A DNA stretch of 64,000 nt from Tubulanus polymorphus (lineage: Eukaryota > Animalia > Nemertea), in the NCBI RefSeq assembly GCF_964204645.1, contig NC_134032.1, positions 12,698,275-12,762,274 on the forward strand. Direction: 5' to 3'. Below the pieces are notes generated by a model that saw nothing but the letters and a program-made list of their open reading frames with translations, was not told where the DNA came from and ran no database searches. A program made the translations under genes and the position numbers. Position 1 is the stretch's first letter. Every line of letters begins with the position of its first letter. Below are positions 1-13,062 of this stretch, piece by piece.

Positions 1-101
1 TTGAAAAGCTCCAAAAGCGTCCTATTTCATCATATTTCTTTAAATGATTATTTCTTTTAATTAACAGTTTTACTTAACAATAGGTTTTATTATGAGCAAT
101 C

Positions 102-218
102 GAGGATTCCACTTGAGGCATGCGACGATCCACCAGGTGTCGCTAGTGTGCAGTAGGACATCGACCGCTGTGGTAATCAACTTGATTCCACTCGAGGCAA
201 GTGAGGATCCACCAGGTG
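102..218 (+). repeat. Dispersed ~70-bp minisatellite family A
   Basis: Motif GGATTCCACTTGTGGCAAGTGAGGATCCACCAGGTGTGCTAGTGTGCAGTAGGACATCAACTAC recurs at 12880, 22655, 41600(-) and 61110(-). Confidence 0.8.
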
Positions 219-436
219 GATAGCGTGCGATAGGGTTAGTTGATAAATCAAACTCCAAAATCCTCCTGTTTGTTAGTTATTTAATTCCAAATGATTGAAA
301 TGGTTAATTTTTTTTCAAATCAAATTCGAGTTTCTATTTCAACAATATGATTTTTTGCTTCAATTTCCTATGAATCCAACTATAATTTCAAACGAAGAAT
401 CGACAAAAAATTACTAAGTGCATTGCCTGTACCAAC

Positions 437-1300
437 CTCGCTGCTAATCATAGGCGGATAAGGCAACTGGTCGATGCTGCGTCCAACTCGGACCCGCGTC
501 GAGACCACGTACTCATTATCGGGGTCAAGGTCGCCGAACGGTAAGTTATCGATGTCTCCGAAATCCGGGGCCGGGTGACTGATCTCATCTGCTTCGACTT
601 TGTGATAGTCCTTGATGACGCGTTGGAACAGATCACCGAACGTATCGTAACATTCGGCATCGGCGGCGTATATACCGGTACCGGAATCCAGATTCTCAAC
701 ACCTTAAAAGATATGATTGAAAATCGTAATTGAAAATGTTTTTATTATTCCATACATGAAACAAGTCTCTGTATCTGCTTGAGGGGTTCACGCAACGGGA
801 GAATAAGGCAGGGTTTGACACGTAGGTCAGTTTAGATATAGCTATTCCGGATTACACCCTTTTACCGGTCGCTTCTATCAGGTTTGATGCTATTCCGGAA
901 TAGGTAGTGTAGTGGTCGAAACGAATGCCTCTCCCCCGTCACGCAACTCGCAAGCACCCTTGTCTGGTCGTTCGGGAGCGACACATTTGGATGGGGAAAT
1001 TTTATCTTCATTCACCTATCAGTTATACATGCACATTCGAATTTCAAATATTCAATGCCAAGTTTTGATTTAAAGTTATTTAATTTTCGACGAGATCAAT
1101 TTCAGTGACTGAAATCATAGAACTATGCTGAAATACAACTTACATGATTTGATGCAATGCTGTAAGGTGGCGCCACTGGCCGTTTTCGTATCCTTGTACT
1201 TCTCGACGAGGTCGGCGCTGAAGTGTTTTTTAGCGAGCGCCTTGCAATCTTTCGACGTGGATAACTTCTTGTGGTAATCCTGCAATGTTCCGACTTCCAT
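437..1300 (-). CDS. Arginine kinase / ATP:guanido phosphotransferase, 5' coding exons (gene continues beyond left edge)
   Basis: Exons 1300-1144 (ATG at 1300; acceptor at 1352; donor T|gtaagt) and 702-437 (ttttaag|GT...GAG|gttggt) splice to MEVGTLQDYHKKL...[43 protein letters not shown]...HPAPDFGDIDNLPFGDLDPDNEYVVSTRVRVGRSIDQLPYPP. The short GS region (DSGxGIYA) and STRVRVGRS motifs are those of arginine kinases; DYHKV...HPxPDFG resembles the molluscan type. Confidence 0.93.
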
Positions 1301-2675
1301 TCTTTCGGCGTTTATAGTCGTTAAACTGTTACGGATGAGAAGAAAATGCAATCTGAAAAGAGTCAAACAAAGAGCTTGAAAAAATCAGGTCTGCGCACGT
1401 GATGCCTGAAACCTTGGTTGTTTATACATTTTTCGATCGCAATTTGAGTGACGTCTAACCCGGACCAAACGACTGCAGGTCTGGATACTATGCTATCAAG
1501 GGAGAACCCAGCCGGTCAGCAAATGGTTTCGTAAAAAGGATTTTGTACGGAAATCCGTGCTCTGCTTACCGATAGAGGCCTTCCTGCTGAGAGGTCTAGA
1601 ACTGTAATGTACCCGGTCGGCGGGTACTACATACGGATTAGTCTGGAATCAGATATCAGTTCGTCTGCACTCTTTATTGAGGTTTCGGTTGGTTACAAAC
1701 GATCGATCAACCGATCGAAGTAATCGACCTTTAGTTCGCTAAAAGTCGAACATTTTACCGTCAACGAAGCAGAATTTAGCCAGACTTTTGATGACGCAAC
1801 ATGTACGTAAGCCGTGGTGATTAAAACACTAGATGCTCCAAATCATTAGGCATGATTGGATACAGCAGGGTGCTTGCTGAAGAGTATATCAAGTCTACAT
1901 TTGGACACGTTTTGATATAAAAATCACGATCGCGTGTAACTAATGGAAATCATTTTACTATTGAACACACTGACGGGTTTATTGTCGTTTGTAGTAGTGA
2001 CAACCACGCGACAACAGTTCGTGGCTGCGTTACCACCAAAGCTGTCTGCATTAATAGTCGTCTTATCTGATCAATATTTACGGTAGATTTTCTATCTCTT
2101 CCCCGTATAAAATATCATGAAATACTGTGGTGACATCCGCAGTATCTTTTACACTTGATATCAAACTCATGAACTGCTTAACGCATCTCGGGTGTAATTT
2201 TTCATTCCGAACGATCTGATCCAGTTTAAGTCAGAATTGGTCAAAACCAGGCCCAGATTGACCTGAAACGCGTAACCTCCTAGTCAAAAATCAAGCCTCG
2301 GAAGCCTGGGCCAAATTACACAAAGCTTGACCCTCCTTGAAGCCATGAGTCAATATCGATGGTCGTGGAAGGTCAGCAGGGATTAATTACCAGCTGCCAG
2401 TTTAAACCATGGGCTCTAAAATCGTTTTGAAGTCCTCGAGGGAAATGACTCATATTGCCTACGTGGTCACCTTATACCGAATTACAATTCAACCGATGCC
2501 AATCATATCTAAAAACAGCAATAGAAAAGCGCCGTATCGATCGAGGGTTAACGTTCAGAAGGAAAAAGCCAAAAGGTTGAAAGTATGTATTTATATCGCG
2601 TACACAGCCTCGAGGTCACAACCTTCAAAGACTTCTCAGATAAACACGACGATATCCCTTTTATCTAATCAATAC

Positions 2676-2800
2676 CTGCGCTTAACCGGTAAACAAGACG
2701 ATTGATTTAAAAACCGGAAGTTACATCGACTGAACGTAGGCAGACGAAAGAAATGTAGACCAGATTTTATCGTCGTTTTTTTCTCGCCAATCACTGACGC
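2676..2800 (-). promoter_or_regulatory. Candidate proximal promoter and non-coding first exon of the arginine kinase
   Basis: Inr-like TCAGTC at 2733-2728, ETS CCGGAAGT 2714-2721, CCAAT 2787-2791, TGACG 2795-2799, donor CAG|gtattg at 2676/2675. Confidence 0.4.
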
Positions 2801-2944
2801 TTTATCAGTTAAATTGCATAATGTCAATGAAGCGGCCACGTTGACGCAATTTATACTGGTACATATCGAATACATTGTAGACATTTGTGAATTAGATTCC
2901 ATTCCACGTGGAATTTGCCCACCGCAGACTCAACCTTACACCAT

Positions 2945-3210
2945 AAGAGGCAAAGTCCTGTATTTCAGTTATAAACTGTTACTCAGTATTTGACACCATC
3001 CAACTCGCAGTAGAATTGTACCGGTACACACTTAAGAGTCTACTGTATCTCTGAAACTTTTACTCAGTATTTGACAATAACTCTGAGTATAATTTTACCA
3101 GTCTCAACTTTACCGCAGTTAGAGTCAGAGTCTACTGTATATTTCTCAAAATCTTACTCGTTTTTTACACGAAATCTGGGTATAAGTACCGTACTGAACT
3201 TTACCACAGT
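2945..3210 (-). repeat. Dispersed ~90-bp tandem repeat family C
   Basis: Reverse complement of the unit GAAATACAGTAGACTCTGTCTCTTACTGCGGT...GAGTTGGTGTCAAATACTGAGTAA seen at 33650 and 34760. Confidence 0.7.
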
Positions 3211-6200
3211 AAAAGCATATTTGGCTCTAACGCGGGGTAGCAGTTTACCATTTCCAACATGATCGCCGTGAGGGACAAAGCCTACTGTATTCATTTAAAA
3301 ACTTCTCAATATCTATTTTGGGATATTTTATGACGTCGAATGAAGCCAAATGAAATCTCCACCAGAGGCGAAGAAAGACCACTCCCTTATTCTAACCTAG
3401 ACATAAACCCAAATGTGTGTTTCATCGATGTTGACTTGGCCAAGTTGTCTGATGTTCACTGTTTATCATTACCAATTTAGTATCAAAATGAGCAATTGAA
3501 CGAAAGGGCGTTTTATGGATATCAGGTCGCGGCCCCATTAGCGAAGATTTTTGCCGAGAACCCAGAGCCACAGCCTCACAAATAGGGCGGACGGAATATA
3601 AAATTTACATAGGGCGTTTCGTGAGTTAGAACTCTAAGATATTCAAGATAAGAAACAAGTTGATTTCGTCCCAGGTGGACACTCATTAATCCTCGGGGCC
3701 AATGTATAGACGAACTTAAGGGAACACATTTAAAAATGTAGCTCAATTGGAATGCAGTAATATCGATACTGAACTATGTATCGACTCGATGTTTTGAAAT
3801 TGAATCGTGTAAAAGTAAGGCGGAATATTTGAATATTGAATTCAAAATAAGCGACATGTTCAATTTTACATTGACACATATATACAAGTGCGTACCAGAC
3901 GAAAGCATTGTGTCTAATAAAACACTCTTGTTTTTAGAACGGGCTGCGTGTGACTAACTATAGCAGATCTGTGACAAATACGTCGAATGAAAACACCAAA
4001 TTTACTTCTAAATGTGGGACTAGAATATAGTATCGAGTTCTCTACACATTTACGACAGAATTTCATATTCGAGCGTTCTGATTTCATCGGGTTGACCGGG
4101 CCAGGTTAATGATCGGTGAAATTGAAGTTTTTTTCAGTCGACCCCAGATATAGCGCCAGTTGCAAACAAGCACCCGAGACTTGCCAACAGCAAAAAATCA
4201 GGGGATATAGGCCTACAAACTTGGCTCTGACATGTAATTCACTTGTTATTGTTTTTGCTAACCAATATGGCGCGTAGGAAAAGCACGCCTGCAATGTATA
4301 CCTATCAGCGGTTGACTGTGTACATTAGTTAAGTTTACCGACTTCATTGATGGTTTACCGAGTTGACAAGTAACGAGTAACACGTAATTATTTTGGGTGA
4401 AACGCTCTGTGGGCTGCGTGTGGCAGACTAATAGACCTCTGTTGACAAATATTTTGCTTGAAAACACACCGAACTAATCGCTCCGTAAACCTATACAAAA
4501 TGGTCCTTCGTCACGGTCTTAATTTCGATTTTCCATCATCACGCCAACTCTCCGTATCGCGTGCTAATAAAATAACGGATATCCAATTTTCCCGTCCTTA
4601 CAAAAACTACGTGGACGAATAGGGAAAAATGAGAGACGTCTTTTTTTACTAGAAAAACAGTAATGCTGTGTGGATATGAAACGATCGCTGATTGGTCGAT
4701 ATGCGAGGTAGCTCGGCTAATCCACCAATCAGAAAAGAGAACACACGAAATCACTGAATAGATTCTTACTTCCGGTACAGAAAAATGGAATCGTTGTCGA
4801 CTGTAAGTCACGTGATGATGCTGTGATGTTGACACAGAAGTGGGAGGGGTTTAGGTGTAATATATATGGATGTCATGTTATTATAAGTACGTGACGACTA
4901 GACACTTATCAGTGAGTCACCGTGGTGACGAAGGACAGCTGATCTACTCATGAACTCAATGTGTCCATGAACTGATGACGAAAGACATTCAGACATGACC
5001 AGAATTGCTATTGCGAAAAATGTTGCCGGATGAATTTATGACTTTGGATCATGGAATCTGTAAATTTTCAAATAAATCTCAATCGATTTTCTGAGTTAGC
5101 TGGACTGTTTGGCTGGTCAGAATCAAAGTCGATCTGCGAAAGCCGAGGGATCGCGAGTTATAGGTTCGAGATTGTAGAATGTCCATGAGACACTCCATCG
5201 CAATGATGGTGAACTCCACGTCCGTGGAATAATAGAGTGAGGGGAACCTCGGGAGCAGTCTTGAGTCTCTCGCCTTTAGTCAGCCACATATCTCTTGGTC
5301 ACAGAATTACAAAAAAAACCAAAGACGTTTTACGAGTACTTACTTACTAACACACAAAATCAGTCTACGTATATGGGAAAGGTGAACGGCCAATAAAAAT
5401 TTCCAATAAACACTTATGATGTAGACTTGTCACTAATGCCAAGGTCATACCTACGAGTTATAAGGATATGAATAGTACGTATAGCGGCCCGATTTGTCCT
5501 TTTTTTAACCCGAACGATTTCCGTTTGAAGTCAAGTGTCGTGTTGTTGAAAAAAAAAACTGATAGCGCATCCTGTCTACATGACTTTGATCACGCGAAAT
5601 GCGTACGTACATGTATATGTTCGAACAGAGTTCGCATTACATAGATCGAACGTCTCGTCTCGTCTAGACTGGTGTCAGATCGTAATGGTGACTCTTCGTG
5701 ATATTATATCGATCAGTGATGTTTGACCTTTCAACAACTTCGATCATCAGGAAATGACTCAAATATTTCAAAAATTAGGCATTAATGACGTAGACGTAGC
5801 GTTTGTACTAAAGATGAGTGTCGCCTTAAAGAAATATAGAGCTATGGAAAATGTGACGAGTCCCTAAACTTTATCTTTTGAGATTTTGCCCTGATTTGTT
5901 CAAAACGTAACCGAGAAAATACACTTTTAGTTGACTGTGTCTCACTCAGTAGGCCTACATTAAAGACTGGCCAAATTCTAACCGGTGTTAAAGATACGTA
6001 GATATAAACATACGTTTGTGTTCTACAACTGTGGAACAATAAGAATCTAGGATTAGGAATATTAAGAATCTGAAAGATCGTCATCTACTTTCGATTTAAT
6101 TCTATATGCCCTTCGATAGTTTTAAGTTTTTAAGAGGTTTGCTTTGACCTATTCCACGAATATCAACGATGAACTAAAGATTAAGATGACCGCTGAACGA

Positions 6201-9200
6201 CGAATGTTTGCCTTATATGAACGATCCCAGAATTGATGATTTCTGAAATCTATAATTCTGACCGTTTTAGATATTCCGGGAGCCTACATTGTGTTCTACA
6301 TTTTGAGAATTATCCAGTCTATCCACAATATCGTCCTTGGCGGTGGCCAGCAATCGAAAAGGTTCGGCCAAAATATCTTAATTCATATGGCGCTGAACCA
6401 CACCAAAATTACGTTTTGTAATAATATGAGACAATATATGAAATTTAAGTTATTTCACAATTCTAAGTTAATCAATTTATATTGGATATGTTCCCTATCA
6501 AACCCTTCTTGCATCGGTGCAACAGTTCAGAAATCTCGGTCAAATGGATCAAATACCCATCGTTACATTTCATGGGTGAAATCATTTTCACTCAAATAAA
6601 AAGGGGTTGTAGATCTAGGGGATAAAACACCCTAACGCAATCGTAAATTTTGGAGAAAAAATGACAAAACATTTCAGTCACCTTACCTCTACCTTCCTGC
6701 TCGGCACAAAGTTAAAATACCAGCCGGTATCACGACAGTCCTACTTGTCAGTGGAAAATCTAGATAGGAATCGATGTCTATATGAATTTCTAATGCCCTG
6801 CCGCACGGTGTAGTGCAGGAGAGCAAAGTACAAATTCGCCTACTTGACACATAACTACGTTCATAAAATAAGATCGTATACGTCAAAGTACCACTCGTGT
6901 GCAGTGACTATATGCTACATACATGTATAGACTGTTAAAAACATGTTTAGATAGTTTGTCGGGTGAGAAAGATGGTAATTTGTTCAAAATCGAGCGTTAC
7001 AAAAATTAAAAGATTTGAGAGGTTTAGCACGCGAAACACTGAGAGCTTGGCATGAAAATTTGAATAAAAATTATTCCGTACATGATTAAAACTTGCGTGT
7101 GTAAAGGGAATTGTTTTTAGACTGCACAATAAAGAAGATGTTTGAATTCATTGATTTCTAAATAGATTTTGCGCTTAAGTTTCTAGGAAATTTGCAAGAA
7201 ACCGAAGAACACGACGTAAACATATAGTTTTTTTCCAGATAGTGAATTACATCGTTAATAATGAACTGGTAATTAAGACTAATTGATTAGTATATAACCG
7301 TTAATAAGAATGTACGATTAATTCAATTCATTACTTTTTAAAGATGCAGAACAACAGTATGACGGAGAAGGATGTATGGAACTTTATGATTACGTTTGAT
7401 AGGAAAACATAAATCACGAATGCATATTGCATTAATCCTTAATGATAATTAAATCAATAAATCTCAGTAATATTGTAAGAAAAAGATTTGTTAATATTTT
7501 TGCCTTGTTATTCGTATAGTTTTTAGCAGCTATTTAAGATGTATCGTGTGTATAGGTATGTATTTTATGTACGTTACGTAGGTTAAAAGTATCGTTAACA
7601 AATACTATACGATTACCTCCCCAGTAAATTTTATGCAGGCTGCCAATCTACTTGTCGGCATCCGACCCCTACAGCAGTTCACCCAGTCCTGGAAGTTGAT
7701 GTATCCACACTCAGTGTTTTATGTCGCTCTATGCGATCCTAGTGTAACCACCTGTGGTACACAGACAGACACTAGGGTTCTCAATGAACCCCTCAAGATT
7801 CATCGGACTAAACCGACACCCTTGCCAATTGCCCTGCATCCTATATCAAATCAACGCGAAAATCGCGAATAAACTAACGACTTGGCTAGACATTCAATTC
7901 ACTCTTCGTGGAAATATTCAAGGTTCAACCCCTAGAGATTTCCCCAATGATTGGTCGACGTTAATTCAAATAACTGCGGACATACATCGTCGACTTCCGG
8001 TGCAAATATTTATTCCAATTTACGCGTGTCGTACGACCTTGACATCCGAATCTCTCGGGAAACTAGATCGCATCAAAACCGCCGGAGTGTCAGGCTTAAA
8101 TACATCAGAAGTATTTTGGACTAGGAATTTGTTAACGGCATCAAGGCTGTATGCATGTCATCGCGCTCGATGAGACCGTTGCTTGGCAACAGTTTTCGTT
8201 GATTGTCGTGGATTTGTAGCGGGAACAGGCAGACAGCTGCAGACAACTCGCTAGAGGAGAAACGTTTCGGGCAGCAGCCGACTAGCATCCATCAAGATTG
8301 TAGGCTGAATAAAAAGACTATACCTCCTGAAAACTACCTGAATAACTCATTCAAATGATAGCATTATTCATGAAGACTTAAGTGACCATTTTTTTCTGTG
8401 ATAGGCGGACAGGGCTAGGTGATAAGTGGCTTCTGAGCTAGAGGTCCTCAGATCAGACTCACAAATTCATCCTAGATGGAGGTCAGTTACAGCACGGGGA
8501 GTCCTTGATCAGGAAGCCCAACTGCTCCTCGTGGGTAGAGAAAGGGATGGTGTATTGCCGGGTTTGATTTATTATTTTGTAAATAGATTCAAAAATAGGT
8601 TCAGGAGAGAGTGGTTGAAAGCGAGCTTACAGAAATATTCTAGAAAGGTTCGACATCTCTGGTCTGCTTATTACAATAACGGAAATTATAATATCTACCT
8701 GCCTCGTAACGGAAGTCAGAGCTAGTTAGAGTGTGCACGTTGGATGTGAAACGGTCGCTGATTGGCCCGAAAAGGAGATAAACCAGCTAATTCACCAATC
8801 ACAACTTAGAACTCTGAATTGCTTATCAACGAATGTGGCTCTGATAACCAAATCAATACGAATTCCCGAGTCGAGACATTTCATGAATCTATATGAATAT
8901 GAACCGACTAAGGCCACATAACCAATTCGAGAAATCAATACTTGTCCCATATATGCAAGTCAAGTCAGACTTATAAATTCCAGGTATAGTGTCCCTTCTC
9001 GAAATCTGGTCAGCCATCCTTAAACGAAGAAAACGTCGATTCAAAGTTGAAGCCTTCCGCGAAATTCTGCAGAACATTGAACCAGCGTCATCCGAATATG
9101 ACCTGGCAAATTCCGAAAAAGGATTCAGTACGAAATCAAGTAATCACATTTAAAGAGTTGAACTTGTCCGCGAAACTGGGTGGGGCGTGGTGATTCTATA

Positions 9201-11660
9201 AGCCTTCTCGCGAGAAGGTTCGAACTCGTCAATTTCCAATGTCTCCGAGATGTAAATCTTCCCCACCCATATTAGATCTAACTATAGTAGCACATAATAT
9301 CAGATATATCAAATATCATGGACGAGTCCACCATCATGCAGTGACGTCTGGACGCTTCCAGTAAGTCGTCTGCAGATTCTACTGCTCCACCCGTTTTTAA
9401 ATCTTTCGTCTGCTATTACTGAGCATGTACACTGATTGTATTACGAACACCCCTGGACAGTTTGTTTGCTTATTTCAGGTGTAAACGTACAACAAATAAA
9501 ATTGGTGATAATACCGTGAGTCATATACTCGCGCTGGGATTGCGCATCCGGAATGATTTTTCTCGATGAACTAGAACTTATACTGTGTAACTAGAGATGC
9601 CTTGATTCTGACTAACATAACCTAGTCAATATATGTGGAGTATCTTAGAGGGGATATCGTGAGGTACATTAAAGGGATGTCATCGTGTAGGGATTCTAGA
9701 CGGAGTGTAATTGGACCTCAATCTACTCATATCCATCTTATTTACATGGTTACATACCTATTACCCTATAGAGCGCTGAGCTAACCGTAGATAACCCCAG
9801 AGGGTATGCGTGTATAGGGTATTCTATGGTAAAGTCTATCCCAGTGGTTATGATCGCGGTGCATCAAACAGTTCATATCATCGCAGATCTGGAACCCTGT
9901 GGTTTCTATGTGCTCAACCCTGCAAGTAACTGAGGTCAGGCAACTACTACATTCAAGAGTGAATAATACTAAAGTTTTCCCATCCTGGTCATTCACTTCT
10001 CTTTATTCCTCTAGATTTGGTTTTTTCTTGTATATTCTCAAAGAACACCGATTACTTAAAATGTATTTAAGCATGGAATTTCGTGGATTAATTTCTTATT
10101 TAAATAGTGTATGGGGTACCGGTACCTTCACTTATTCAAACTGCGTGGTCTTCTTCAGAATCAAACAATAGAGGAGATGCCATGGATGCTAGGTGCTGAG
10201 GTACCTTAAAGGGATTGTCTGTCAGATTAGCAGTAGTCTGATAGAGTGTGAACTTATCGATTCACACTACCAGACATTTTTGAACATATCTTTATAACGA
10301 ATACGTAATAATAGTTGTCTGTATCATCAAACTGAATCTGTTTGAACAATAAGTTGTGAAGTGCACGTGAAAATAAAAACCTGGTCAATGAAACGTTGTT
10401 GAGACGAGACGTAAAAATGATATTTCCCAGGCACCCGGTTTTAAGTGGTAGTCTAACTTACAAAATGTATATAATAGTACGCATGTACGTATATTTTATA
10501 GGCACTATTATATAGAGATGAGGGTCAGAGGGAAATTTTGATTTGCGGTCCTTGTCCAACTATGAGGCCACTTCAACGGGCAACAATCAACGGGCGAACG
10601 AATTGAAATTTCTCCGTCAAAGTTGTAGTTTCACATTTCTGAAACGACGCACGCGCTATCGTCAGACCCTGCGCGTAAAACTCGAGTGTTTGTACGTATC
10701 CTGAGATAATACCTATAAATTCCCCGACAGTTGTATGTAATACCAGTGCAGGTACTGAGTATAGTATATCAGTTAGTCTGTATTTATTTCGCTGAAGGTC
10801 ATTGTACGTGTGAGGTTTGAAGGTACTGCCGGAGGTCAGGTATGGCTGGTATTCATTGCCGGTGACATTTGTATTTATTAGTTAGTCAGACATTTTACCA
10901 AATGCATGGATTGCGGATACAGTGACTGCATAATTAAACGTTTTCGTCGAATCGTCGTGGAACGCGTGACCTTGGCGCGTGACCTTGGTCTGTGTGCGGA
11001 AGACTGTATCAGTTCTAAACAATAGGTGCAATAATTCAGGCATTTAGCCAAAGTATTTAGAAAATCTGTGGAAAATATCTAGAATGTTTGTCATTTTTCA
11101 AGAATTTACCCTAAGAAGAATTCGTTCCAAGATGTTTTACTTACTCAGGACGACGCCGCTCTGTGGCTTTTGTCCCATCGACACTCTTATGCCTTTTACA
11201 AGTTAGAATACGTCGCCAATTGAAGAAGGAAAACATATATTATATAGGCCTAGAGCTACCTCCATGCCCCAATGGCATCACCAAAATAATTTACGAAATG
11301 CTAATTTCCAGGTGTTAGAGGCAGTCATATTTCTGGGAAGATCTATTGACACATTAAGCAACTCGATTACTACATAAAGGATTTATGTAGAGTAACCTTT
11401 CCTGCGGGTTTTATGGAGTAGAATAATCTATTCCAAACACATAGTCTTATTGGCAGGTTTTTATGTAGGCGGTAGCCTTCTATACTTGACCATAGAGCTT
11501 CGAACTATTACCCTGGCAGGCGATGCTGGTAGAGCAATGTACGTAGTCTATATCTTAAATATATCTACATAAACAAAGCGGCTTTTCTTCGGGTAAAATT
11601 AGTGCATTCTTACGTAATATGGAACAAAATTTCGTCTGCAACAGCTGTAGGTGATGTTGC

Positions 11661-11661
<1 letters not shown>

Positions 11662-11695
<34 letters not shown>
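11662..11695. repeat. (GCT)n microsatellite
   Basis: About 11 perfect GCT units. Confidence 0.95.
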
Positions 11696-11696
<1 letters not shown>

Positions 11697-12879
11697 GTGA
11701 AGATACACCTCCAGATCTATGATGGATTTCATCTTATAGCCAATAAATAATTAACCAACCGGAGGCAGGTTCCAGAGTTACCGAAGCGATATGGCTGTTA
11801 ACCAGGTGTGCTTGACACCAGAATGAAAAACAAGGAAATAATCTTGTAAATATGATTATTCTTGACAATTTCGTTGACCTGTCTTCGATGTTAGTTGTAA
11901 AATGGGCGAATGGCTGAATTAGGAAGGGAATTGGTTAAGAAGTAGGAAGAGAGGATAGAGAGAAAGAGCGGTCCATGTGGAATGAGAGGAAAGAGGGAGA
12001 TATACGTGTGGAAATTAGGAAAGCAGTGGAAAAAGAAAAATGGAAGGGTGACACTAAAACAAATCTCTGAGGAAGGAAAGACATTTCGATGCTTTACATA
12101 TACAAATCAATCTTCGATAACGGAAATGTTAACTCCGCATCATTCATATCTTCGCCGGAAGTAATCTGAGCAGCGCCCCACTGGAAAACTCGCCGGAAGT
12201 AATCTGTGCAGTGACCGACGGAAATATATTTAGCATTAGCAGAATACACTGGTCTCCAGAGAGTCCGATACATTCTGTCATTTGATAAGAATATTTTCGT
12301 TTTTAATCTCATTATTTAAATAAGGTCGGTTCTCGTTACGTATTTTTTCCTACGTCTGTGTGACTATTCCGCTACCAAAAAATTCCTACTACTACTCCTT
12401 CTTATTAGATTATGAGATTTCCTCGGCGGGGGCTGTATTTCCTCGGCCACTCATCACCAGCAAGAACAAGACATTAACAAAAAATTCAGAGAATTCCCTG
12501 AAGTCAGAATTCCCTGATAAATCTGGAATTCCCCGCGTTGATTTCAGTTTCTCTCGTCTGCTCGAAGTCGGGCGTTAATTACTGATCGCGTGTTCGAGCG
12601 GAGAGCAAAATATCGATCGATACTATAGACAGAAATGGATGAATAACTTCTTTATCTGATACTCGAGGAGGATAAGTGAGATTGCAGCGGGGGTTCTATA
12701 CAAAAATACACTCTCGTTACTCCAAATACTCACAGATTAACAGCAATTACTTTCGCATGGTCGTTTTTATATTCATGCCAAGGTGAAAGTCGTCGGAAGA
12801 AATGATCGATGTTTTCAAGGATAAGAGAAACCGCAGTCAGTGATAATTACTGCAATATCAATGGCAGTACGGCTCATAG

Positions 12880-13062
12880 TAATCGCGGATCCATCAGGTG
12901 TGCTAGTGTGCGGTAGGACATAAACTACTACAGGCAAAGGGGATTCCACTTGTGGCAAGTGAGGATCCACCAGGTGTGCTACGATGCAGTACGACATCAA
13001 CAACTGGCAATAGAAGATTCCACTTGTGGCCAAGTGAGGATCCGCTAGGTGTGCTAGTGTGC
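12880..13062 (+). repeat. Minisatellite family A, about 2.5 units
   Basis: GGATCCAxCAGGTGTGCTAGTGTG...ATTCCACTTGTGGCAAGT repeated. Confidence 0.85.

Noticed and set aside
10736-10870. Possible miRNA cluster (miR-12/miR-8-like words) after a TATA box at about 10714
   Set aside because: No exact mature sequence and no convincing precursor hairpin
11654-11722. MLP-polyLeu mini-ORF followed by AATAAA
   Set aside because: Hydrophobicity comes only from the (GCT)n microsatellite; 22 aa, no supporting gene structure
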